From: an uncultured virus (IMG/VR IMGVR_UViG_3300034102_000864)
Taxonomy: Duplodnaviria > Heunggongvirae > Uroviricota > Caudoviricetes
Virus record (IMG/VR): IMGVR_UViG_3300034102_000864
Location: 1-64,000 of that record
Strand: one strand, 5' to 3'
DNA: 64,000 nucleotides
The notes under the pieces were generated by a model. That model ran no database searches, was not told the origin of the DNA, and saw only the letters and a list, made by a program, of their open reading frames with translations. This document shows positions 31,897 to 39,162 of this stretch, piece by piece (the first letter of the stretch is position 1; every line of letters starts with the position of its first letter). The position numbers and the translations under genes are program-made.

Positions 31897-33630
31897 ATGA
31901 AATCAGGAGCAAGTGAAAGTTCTTATTTTTTTCTTGAAGAATATTATAAGTTTCCAGAAAACATTATAGTTTCTCATTTACCACAAGAACTTCAACAATC
32001 AAATAAACCAATCAAAGTATTATGGTCGCAACATTCTTACGACCAACCAGTTTATCTTAACTTTGATTTTTCAATTTGTGATTTAATTGTCTCTCCATCC
32101 AACTGGTGTAGAGAACAATTCATTAAGTATCATCATATCCCAGAGAATAAAATTGTCACAATTCCAACAGGAGTATCAAAGCAATTTACATACTCATCAA
32201 GAAAATCAAAGACATTTATCTATACTTCCATACCATATAAAGGTCTTGAGGTATTAGCACAAATCATTCCTCATATTCCAGAGGCAACATTCAAGATTTT
32301 CTCTGCGATGAATCTTTATGATATTCAAGAAGACCCATACACAGAACTTTATGAATATCTTAAATCACTTCCAAATGTCGTCTACTCACCAGCAGTAGAC
32401 CAAGCAGAACTCATAGAGCACTTACAGGATGCTGCATTCTTTATTCATCCAAATATTTGGGAGGAAACATTCTGTGTTTCATTAGCAGAAGCAATGTCTT
32501 GTGGATGCTTTCCAATTCTTACAGATATTGGAGCACTTCCAGAAGTATCAAATGAGATTGCAAATATTGTTCCTATGGAAGGTATAAGAACCACCAAAGG
32601 ATATGAAGTCACAGACAACTTCCTAAATAACTTTATAGATGCCTGTAAATCTGCAGTATATTTCTTTGATAATGACAGGCAGTACTACGACCAAATTTCA
32701 CAATCTGTTTCACATTATGCTACTGAAACTTATGATTGGAAAAAAATTGCAAACGTTTGGAAACAAACATTAGAACCATTTAGTAAACAAACTATGACTG
32801 AAAATTGTAACCAACTGCAAATTATTTCCCCAGAGGAAGCAGTAAGTAACGAAGAGTATTTACAACAGGCATTTCAAGAAGTGCTTCGTTGGGAAGAAGC
32901 AGACAAAGAACTGGCACAAGGAAGAACTAATTTTCAGATTGAGAAGTTCTTTCTGTTAGAGCAATATACAGTTCCTGCAGCATTTCAGGCAGCAATTAAG
33001 AATCGTCGTATTCTTGCCGAAGGTTATATGCAGAAACTGATTGAGATGAAAGAAAAGGTTCGTGAGTTTGAGTATCGTTGGAAAGGTAAGAATACTGATG
33101 AACCCGTAGAGTGGCATACTTCTGGACCGAATGGTGGTTCCACAAAACTCTATTGGTATGATTTGGATTCAATCTCAACTCAAAACTATTTGAAGTCTTG
33201 TGAGTTGGAAATTCGTGACCGCATTCAGCAGATGAATTTCTTTGATAAGATTATTAATCGTCTGATTGAACTAAATGGTGGTAAGACAGTTACTAGAGAA
33301 CAGTTTGAAGCAGAAGATCACGTTTATTGGGAACGTCGTTTTGCAGAGCAATCTCTGGATGAAATGGTAAGTTCCAAGACTGGTATTAGTATTGGTAATC
33401 TCCACTCAATGAGAAGAGGAACTGCACCTACTCTTGTAAGTGATGATACAAATAGAATCAAGAATGGTTATGGTTCACTTGCCGATGCAATTAATGACCC
33501 TGATAGATTCTTGAATACTCTGCAAGAGAAAGTTCTTCGTGGTATTGAAGAAGTGACGAATACTGATTTAGGTTTGCTTGCACCTGGAACAGAACAACAT
33601 CAACAACTTTTAGAATCCAGAAACTCATAA
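31897..33630 (+). CDS. GT-B (GT4-like) glycosyltransferase fused to an uncharacterised helical C-terminal domain
   Basis: YTSIPYKGL, ETFCVSLAEAMSCG and GALPEV motifs. Residues ~300-577 are unrelated and charged. Confidence 0.75.
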   Translation: MKSGASESSYFFLEEYYKFPENIIVSHLPQELQQSNKPIKVLWSQHSYDQPVYLNFDFSICDLIVSPSNWCREQFIKYHHIPENKIVTIPTGVSKQFTYSSRKSKTFIYTSIPYKGLEVLAQIIPHIPEATFKIFSAMNLYDIQEDPYTELYEYLKSLPNVVYSPAVDQAELIEHLQDAAFFIHPNIWEETFCVSLAEAMSCGCFPILTDIGALPEVSNEIANIVPMEGIRTTKGYEVTDNFLNNFIDACKSAVYFFDNDRQYYDQISQSVSHYATETYDWKKIANVWKQTLEPFSKQTMTENCNQLQIISPEEAVSNEEYLQQAFQEVLRWEEADKELAQGRTNFQIEKFFLLEQYTVPAAFQAAIKNRRILAEGYMQKLIEMKEKVREFEYRWKGKNTDEPVEWHTSGPNGGSTKLYWYDLDSISTQNYLKSCELEIRDRIQQMNFFDKIINRLIELNGGKTVTREQFEAEDHVYWERRFAEQSLDEMVSSKTGISIGNLHSMRRGTAPTLVSDDTNRIKNGYGSLADAINDPDRFLNTLQEKVLRGIEEVTNTDLGLLAPGTEQHQQLLESRNS

Positions 33631-33641
33631 GGAGAAAGTAG

Positions 33642-35882
33642 ATGCCAGCAGGAGACGTATTTGGTCTTGATGGATTTTTTCTAAACGTATCAAATCCCAT
33701 TACGGTTTCTGCTGTAGATATTAACTCTACTGCTGCTGGTGCCGGTATTACTGTAACTGCTGGTTCTTTTAGTTCTGGAACAGTCACTCTTACACTTTCA
33801 ACTGCTGCTGGTCTTTCTACAACACCTTTTTATACTGGTGCAAAGATAGCAGTTTCTGGTCTCGCAATCGCATCAGGAGTAGCACATACTGGATATAATG
33901 GAAATTTTGTAGTCACAGGATTTGCAGGAACCACAACAGTTTCTTATGCGACTACTGGTTATGTTGGTCCTGTGACTGCTGGTATTACCACAACTGGTTT
34001 GGTAATGTTAGTGACTGATACTGCAGTTACGAATACCACTTGGAGTAGTTCTCAAACTCACGGTTGGTTCGGTGGTGGACAATCTCCATCAACAGGATTT
34101 TCAACAGTAGACCGCATAGATTTCTCCAATGATACTGGAACTGCAAATATTAGAGGTTCATTAAGTTCAGCAAGAAATGAGTTAGCAGCAACAGGAAACT
34201 CTAACTATGGTTGGTTTGGTGGTGGATATGTTCCAGTAGCATATTCAACAGTAGACCGTATAGATTTCTCTAATGATTCTTCAACGGCATCACCTAGAGG
34301 TCCATTGAGTCGTACTAGATATCGTTTAGCAGCAACAAGTAACAGTTCTTATGGTTGGTTTGGTGGTGGTGAATTCTCACCATTTGTATTATCAACAGTA
34401 GACCGTATAGATTTCTCTAATGATTCTGGAACAGCATCAGTCAGAGGTCCATTAAGTTTTGCTGCGAATATATTAGCAGCAACAGGAAACTCTAACTATG
34501 GTTGGTTTGGTGGTGGTAATACTCCAGGAGTATTATCATCAGTAGGTCGTATAGATTATGCTAATGATGCAGCAACAGCATCACCTAGAGGTCCATTAAG
34601 TTCAGCAAGAAGAGATTTAGCAGCAACAAGTAACAGTTCTTATGGTTGGTTTGGTGGTGGTTTTCCTGGTCCAGGAGTATTATCAAGAGTAGACCGTATA
34701 GATTTTTCTAATGATTCTTCAACGGCATCAGTAAGAGGTTCATTAAGTTCAGCAAGAAATCTTTTAGCAGCAACAGGAAACTCTAATTATGGTTGGTTTG
34801 GTGGTGGTACTGGTGGTTCTGGTGCAATATCAAGAGTAGACCGCATAGATTTTTCTAATGATTCCACAACAACATCACCAAGAGGTCCATTAAGTTCATC
34901 AAGATATCGTTTAGCAGCAACATCAGGGCAGGCAAGGTCTTCAAGTATTCGTCTACAAAAAGCAGGGAATTATGGTTGGTTTGGTGGTGGAAGTTCTGGG
35001 GGAGCACCATTTACTGGATACTCAACAGTAGATCGTATAGATTTCTCAAATGATTCCTCAACAGCATCACCAAGAGGTTCATTGATTGCAACAAAATATA
35101 TAAAAGCAGCAACAGGAAACTCTAACTATGGTTGGTTTGGTGGACAATTCATCACTCCTACACCAGGAAGAGCATCAACAGTAGACCGTATAAATTTCTC
35201 CAATGATTCTGCAACACCACTAATTAGAGGTTCATTGAGTTCAGCAAAAAATAATGTAGCAGCAACAGGAAATTATAATTATGGGTGGTTTGGTGGTGGA
35301 TATCCGGGATCTGTTGGAACAGCAGCAGTAGACCGTATAAATTTTTCTAATGATGAATTAACAGCATCATCAAGAGGACCATTGAGTTCAGCAAAATATA
35401 ATTCTGCAGCAACAGGAAATTATAATTATGGGTGGTTTTCTGGTGGAACTATTCAACCATCACCTGCACTTCCACCGGTTAATTTATCATCAACAGACCG
35501 TATAGATTTCTCTAATGATTCTGCAACAGCATCACCAAGAGGTCTATTAAGTTTAGCAAGAGGAGGTTTAGCAGCAACAGGAAACTCTAACTATGGTTGG
35601 TTTGGTGGTGGTAGTGGACCAATATCAACAGTAGACCGTATAGATTTTTCAAATGATTCTGCAACAGCAACTGTTAGAGGTCCATTAAATGGAGTAAGAT
35701 CTCTTCTAGCAGCAACAGGAAACTCTAACTATGGATGGTTTGGTGGTGGTATTTCTCCTGGAGGAACATCAACAGTGCATCGATTAGATTTCTCTAACGA
35801 TTCTGTATCAGCATCACCAAGGGGTCTATTAAGTCAGGCAAGATCATTATTAGCAGCAACAGCCAATACACCAATAGGATAA
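33642..35882 (+). CDS. Double Kelch-like beta-propeller protein 3 with an extra N-terminal beta domain
   Basis: About 140 aa T/G-rich N-terminus followed by 12 repeats; GGAGA SD. Confidence 0.8.
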   Translation: MPAGDVFGLDGFFLNVSNPITVSAVDINSTAAGAGITVTAGSFSSGTVTLTLSTAAGLSTTPFYTGAKIAVSGLAIASGVAHTGYNGNFVVTGFAGTTTVSYATTGYVGPVTAGITTTGLVMLVTDTAVTNTTWSSSQTHGWFGGGQSPSTGFSTVDRIDFSNDTGTANIRGSLSSARNELAATGNSNYGWFGGGYVPVAYSTVDRIDFSNDSSTASPRGPLSRTRYRLAATSNSSYGWFGGGEFSPFVLSTVDRIDFSNDSGTASVRGPLSFAANILAATGNSNYGWFGGGNTPGVLSSVGRIDYANDAATASPRGPLSSARRDLAATSNSSYGWFGGGFPGPGVLSRVDRIDFSNDSSTASVRGSLSSARNLLAATGNSNYGWFGGGTGGSGAISRVDRIDFSNDSTTTSPRGPLSSSRYRLAATSGQARSSSIRLQKAGNYGWFGGGSSGGAPFTGYSTVDRIDFSNDSSTASPRGSLIATKYIKAATGNSNYGWFGGQFITPTPGRASTVDRINFSNDSATPLIRGSLSSAKNNVAATGNYNYGWFGGGYPGSVGTAAVDRINFSNDELTASSRGPLSSAKYNSAATGNYNYGWFSGGTIQPSPALPPVNLSSTDRIDFSNDSATASPRGLLSLARGGLAATGNSNYGWFGGGSGPISTVDRIDFSNDSATATVRGPLNGVRSLLAATGNSNYGWFGGGISPGGTSTVHRLDFSNDSVSASPRGLLSQARSLLAATANTPIG

Positions 35883-35906
35883 ATACCTCAAACTACATTA
35901 TAAGCA

Positions 35907-36557
35907 ATGAATTTATTATCCAAAGTTTTGATTGCACCAAAAGTCATCAATCAGGAAGGTATTGATGCACTGGTAAATCATATGAAAACTTCAAAAACAG
36001 AAGACCTTTCAGTATTTGATCCAGACAAATCCAATCAGACACGAGGAACTGAATGGATTACAGATAAGAAAACAAGAGATACTCAAATTGCTCCAATTGA
36101 ACCTGTATTTCCACAGGTTAACGAATTGATGCATCATATTGTAAAGCAAGTTATCAATCCTTTTTATCAGTTTGAAGTTGATAGTTCAGAAGTTCCACAA
36201 CTACTCTGCTATGGTGTAGGAGGACACTACCAACCTCATATTGATGGTGAAGGTATATGGACTGCACCAGATCAGACACAACTTTGGAGAAAGACAGTAG
36301 ATCGTGATTTGTCTATGGTCTTATATTTGAATGATGGATTTGAAGGTGGAGATTTTGTATTTCCAGACCTTCATATTCATATTCGTCCTGAACCTGGACT
36401 TCTTGTATGTTTTCCTTCTAATAGGTATTATCGTCACGGTGTTGAACCAGTCACCAAAGGAAACCGATATTCAATGGTAACTTGGATGACAGTCAAAGGA
36501 TTTGAGAGTATGGAGACACAATGCAATAATCTCAAATCTAAATATGGGGTGTGTTGA
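35907..36557 (+). CDS. Prolyl 4-hydroxylase-like 2OG-Fe(II) oxygenase
   Basis: YGVGGHYQPHID, SMVLYLND.FEGGDF, FPS...HGVEPVTKGNRYSMVTW. Confidence 0.85.
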   Translation: MNLLSKVLIAPKVINQEGIDALVNHMKTSKTEDLSVFDPDKSNQTRGTEWITDKKTRDTQIAPIEPVFPQVNELMHHIVKQVINPFYQFEVDSSEVPQLLCYGVGGHYQPHIDGEGIWTAPDQTQLWRKTVDRDLSMVLYLNDGFEGGDFVFPDLHIHIRPEPGLLVCFPSNRYYRHGVEPVTKGNRYSMVTWMTVKGFESMETQCNNLKSKYGVC

Positions 36558-36582
36558 CAAAAACTTTTAATTACCCTATAAT
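36554..36582 (+). promoter_or_regulatory. Sigma70-type promoter
   Basis: Perfect TTGACA-N17-TATAAT. Confidence 0.9.
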
Positions 36583-36584
36583 AT

Positions 36585-36686
36585 CCAAGTCTTCAACATC
36601 CTTGTAACTTTGGGAATGAAGACCCTCTCTGTGGTGGGAGAGGTGAGTTGGTGGTTACTAAGGAGGGTTTATATCCTCCTTTTTTT
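36585..36686 (+). ncRNA. Putative structured small RNA or leader RNA
   Basis: Lies between a perfect promoter and an intrinsic terminator; stems GTCTTCA/TGAAGAC and CCTCTCT/GGAGAGG; no plausible protein ORF. Confidence 0.6.
36660..36686 (+). terminator. Rho-independent terminator
   Basis: AAGGAGG-loop-CCTCCTT followed by a T run. Confidence 0.8.
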
Positions 36687-36720
36687 CTATTATAAATTAT
36701 AATAAAAATAGATAACAATT

Positions 36721-36963
36721 ATGAATTTCACAGTATACTCAAAAGAAGATTGCCCATATTGCTATAAAGTTAAACAAGTTCTTGAATTGACAGGAAGTAA
36801 CTTTGTGGTTTATAATTTAGGGGAACATTTTACCAGAGATGAGTTTTATGCTGAGTTTGGTGAAGGATCTACCTTTCCACAGGTTATTTGTAATGACAAG
36901 AAATTAGGAGGATCAGTTGACACAATCAAATTCCTCAAGGAACAACAAATCATCAAATCCTGA
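36721..36963 (+). CDS. nrdC: Glutaredoxin
   Basis: CPYC active site, TFPQV, GGSVD. Confidence 0.9.
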   Translation: MNFTVYSKEDCPYCYKVKQVLELTGSNFVVYNLGEHFTRDEFYAEFGEGSTFPQVICNDKKLGGSVDTIKFLKEQQIIKS

Positions 36964-37168
36964 CCTAAATAAAAAAGAAGACCACAGAAATCGTGGTATT
37001 GAACTCATTCTTTATGGGGGTAAAAGAAAGCAAACTCAACCATTTCACATCATTTTTGAGAAGATAGTTTGCTTTCTAAATCGGGAAGTCACTATCTATT
37101 TCGAATTTTCCTTTAAGTCAAGGAAGAAAAAAGTAGTTTCCCGAGGTAAAAGAAATGTTAGCAGTTAG
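36917..37168 (+). CDS. Hypothetical protein (start uncertain)
   Basis: Fills the gap between glutaredoxin and the next ORF; TTG start overlaps glutaredoxin. Confidence 0.45.
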   Translation: MTQSNSSRNNKSSNPDLNKKEDHRNRGIELILYGGKRKQTQPFHIIFEKIVCFLNREVTIYFEFSFKSRKKKVVSRGKRNVSS

Positions 37169-37385
37169 TTTAGTATTTGGTTCCTTTCTAACAGTATTGT
37201 TTCTTATAGTGGGAGTAATGGTAGGTTGGGTAGCAAGAGAATATATGATGAACTATCGGGAAATTCCAAGACCTCACCCCGAAATGTTTGATAATCAGGG
37301 AAACTTGATTCCAGATGAGGTGATCGCATTTAATTTTGAGAACTATCATGACTACGACGACACAGAAGAAGACAACGACGACTAA
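37155..37385 (+). CDS. Small membrane protein
   Basis: N-terminal TM helix, HPEMFDxxGN motif, acidic tail; GAGG SD. Confidence 0.7.
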   Translation: MLAVSLVFGSFLTVLFLIVGVMVGWVAREYMMNYREIPRPHPEMFDNQGNLIPDEVIAFNFENYHDYDDTEEDNDD

Positions 37386-37956
37386 AACAACTAAACCAAA
37401 GGTAGTTAAAGAAACTCCTATTGTGGAACTTCCTAACAATCCTCTTGCTTTTGAAGTCTTTGATTTAATTTCTAAGCAAAGATCTAACCAAAAGAAGGTA
37501 GAACTGTTGCAAAAGTATAATCATGATTCAATACGGGCTCTTTTGATTTGGAACTTTGATGAATCAGTAATTACAATGCTTCCTGATGGGCCAGTTCCTT
37601 ATTCGAGTTATGGTGATCAAACTGTAAATAGTGGAACTCTTTCTAATAAACTTACGGAAGAAATTCGAGCTATGTATGAGACTGGTTCATTCTCTTTAGG
37701 TGTATCGGATGTTCAAGGAAGAACAACAATTCGTAAAGAGTATAAACATTTTTATCATTTTATTAAGGGCGGTAATGATGCTATAAGCTCCATTCGTCGT
37801 GAGACAATGTTTATCAATCTTTTGCAGGGACTTCACCCACTTGAAGCAGAAATTATTTGTTTCGTTAAAGATAAAAAACTTCAAGAAAAATATAAAATTA
37901 GCAAAGAAATTGTATCTGAAGCTTTTCCTCAGATTACTTGGGGAGGACGTTCGTGA
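37348..37956 (+). CDS. Conserved T4-like phage hypothetical protein
   Basis: LIWNFD...LPDGPVPY...RRETMFINLLQGLHPLEA; ATG at 37348. Confidence 0.7.
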   Translation: MTTTTQKKTTTTKTTKPKVVKETPIVELPNNPLAFEVFDLISKQRSNQKKVELLQKYNHDSIRALLIWNFDESVITMLPDGPVPYSSYGDQTVNSGTLSNKLTEEIRAMYETGSFSLGVSDVQGRTTIRKEYKHFYHFIKGGNDAISSIRRETMFINLLQGLHPLEAEIICFVKDKKLQEKYKISKEIVSEAFPQITWGGRS

Positions 37957-38291
37957 ACCAAGTTATTAATAAAACTACGGAAAAGCATATGGACCATTGG
38001 ACATCAGCAGAAAAGGAAACCTGTAAGTCACGATACGGTTGTGACATTTTGATTGAAAATTGTTCGTATGCTGATGTCTGTACTAAAGAAGCACCGAATG
38101 ATGCACATATCATTAAATATATGGTCGATGATAAACTTTGCTTTGATTTAACAAGGGGAACTAAAATTCGTTTATTCGATATGTATTGGGATAAGTTTCG
38201 TGAAAATTTAAAGTCAATTGATTGGGGATACGGCAAATACAATCCAAAGACCTGGGGTTACCAGGCACCTAAAACCAAAAAGCGGAAGTGA
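37953..38291 (+). CDS. Conserved cyanophage hypothetical protein
   Basis: GTG start overlaps the previous stop, GGAGG SD; FDMYWDKF...GYGKYNPKTWG. Confidence 0.65.
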   Translation: MNQVINKTTEKHMDHWTSAEKETCKSRYGCDILIENCSYADVCTKEAPNDAHIIKYMVDDKLCFDLTRGTKIRLFDMYWDKFRENLKSIDWGYGKYNPKTWGYQAPKTKKRK

Positions 38292-38351
38292 TTCCCCAGA
38301 TCGGGGGAAAAAATCCCGGCAAAATTTTTGTCTATTAAGATTTTATAAAAT

Positions 38352-38367
38352 TGTAACATTTTATACA
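38352..38367. promoter_or_regulatory. NtcA binding site
   Basis: TGTA-ACATTTTA-TACA matches the GTA-N8-TAC consensus with T/A flanks. Confidence 0.65.
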
Positions 38368-38375
38368 ATCAATTG

Positions 38376-38405
38376 TTGCTAAATATCCCCGAAAGGGAGT
38401 ATAAT
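38376..38405 (+). promoter_or_regulatory. Sigma70-type promoter for the riboswitch transcript
   Basis: TTGCTA-N18-TATAAT, ending 6 nt before the first aptamer. Confidence 0.65.
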
Positions 38406-38411
38406 ACTCTC

Positions 38412-38456
38412 ATCGTTCATCTGGAAATCCAGACGGAAGTAAGACAACTCGGAACG
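38412..38456 (+). ncRNA. glnA-type glutamine riboswitch aptamer 1
   Basis: ATCGTTCA-TCTGG/CCAGA-CGGAAGTAA...GGAACG matches the glnA RNA P1/P2/E-loop pattern. Confidence 0.7.
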
Positions 38457-38458
38457 GG

Positions 38459-38629
38459 TCGTTCATCTATGGAGACACTCATTCTTACATGCCTACAAGC
38501 ACAATTGATTGCTGGGAGAGTTAATAAACAAGACATTCCCAGACAATATAAGAATGATTTGATATGGGAGATTAAACAAATTTCTCCAAAAGAGTGTAAA
38601 ATAGACGCAAAAGTTGACTGAAGGAACGC
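38459..38629 (+). ncRNA. glnA-type aptamer 2 with a ~130 nt coding insertion in the P2 loop
   Basis: TCGTTCA-TCTAT...ATAGA-CGCAAAAGTTGACT-GAAGGAACGC. Confidence 0.6.
38469..38621 (+). CDS. 50-aa ORF embedded in riboswitch aptamer 2
   Basis: METLILTCLQAQLIAGRV...CKIDAKVD. The ATG lies in the 5' strand of P2 and the stop in the 3' part of the aptamer. Confidence 0.55.
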   Translation: METLILTCLQAQLIAGRVNKQDIPRQYKNDLIWEIKQISPKECKIDAKVD

Positions 38630-38660
38630 TACCTAACCTAACAGTAAAGGAGCAAACCTA

Positions 38661-38792
38661 ATGACAACAGCAACCTATCGTGGTGTTAAATACAACGTAG
38701 AAGATCGTAAGATCAATGTTCTTCAATTGATTAAAGAACAAATTGAAAAAGAACAACGTCGTAAAGAAGCACAATTAGCAGCAATTAAATAA
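38661..38792 (+). CDS. DUF4278-like small protein (YRGVxY motif)
   Basis: Not in the ORF track. MTTATYRGVKYNVEDRKINVLQLIKEQIEKEQRRKEAQLAAIK with AAGGAG SD. Confidence 0.75.
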   Translation: MTTATYRGVKYNVEDRKINVLQLIKEQIEKEQRRKEAQLAAIK

Positions 38793-38796
38793 TATG

Positions 38797-38823
38797 AAGG
38801 AGGGTTGATTCCCTCCTTTTTTT
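38797..38823 (+). terminator. Rho-independent terminator overlapping a sigma70 promoter
   Basis: AAGGAGGG-TTGATT-CCCTCCTT plus T run. The loop TTGATT is 17 nt from TAAAAT at 38828, with an extended TG. Confidence 0.8.
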
Positions 38824-38854
38824 ATGCTAAAATGTCTTGAGAGAATGGTATCTT

Positions 38855-39010
38855 ATGGACACAGATAAACTAAAACTTATTGTCCGTAATTTAGAACTCT
38901 TAGTTGATTCTCTAAAAGCAGAAATATATTCTGATGTTAGGGCATATAATTTTGATGATATCAAACCAAAGGAGTTAGATTACGACGAAATTTTTGAGGA
39001 TTCTGAATGA
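38855..39010 (+). CDS. Small hypothetical protein (51 aa)
   Basis: MDTDKLKLIVRNLELLVDSLKAEIYSD...; not in the ORF track. Confidence 0.65.
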   Translation: MDTDKLKLIVRNLELLVDSLKAEIYSDVRAYNFDDIKPKELDYDEIFEDSE

Positions 39011-39162
39011 GAAGTAAAAAAGTAATTCAATTAATTAAAGAAGCACTAAAGCAAGACTATTTGTATTCTAGTGAAGAACTTCATTTTATGAGAGAACAAC
39101 TTTCTATGCTACAATTAGAAAAGCAAAATTTAAAAGAATATCGAGGATTTGGAAAGAAATGA
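39007..39162 (+). CDS. Small hypothetical protein (51 aa)
   Basis: MRSKKVIQLIKEALKQDYLYSSEEL...RGFGKK; ATGA overlaps with both neighbours. Confidence 0.65.
   Translation: MRSKKVIQLIKEALKQDYLYSSEELHFMREQLSMLQLEKQNLKEYRGFGKK

Noticed and set aside
26672..35882. Constant/variable repeats resembling a CRISPR array
   Set aside because: The units lie in frame within long ORFs with ~150 bp period, and no cas operon is present.
26672..35882. Diversity-generating retroelement
   Set aside because: No reverse transcriptase in the window. Variation includes indels and is not adenine-specific, and no non-coding template repeat is seen.
36585..36660. Hammerhead ribozyme or tRNA interpretation of the small RNA
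   Set aside because: Lacks the CUGANGA/GAAA core and lacks a T-loop or cloverleaf.
38373..38468. 5' extension of the 38373..38621 ORF
   Set aside because: The TTG start lies inside the promoter and the extension runs through aptamer 1. ATG 38469 is more plausible.
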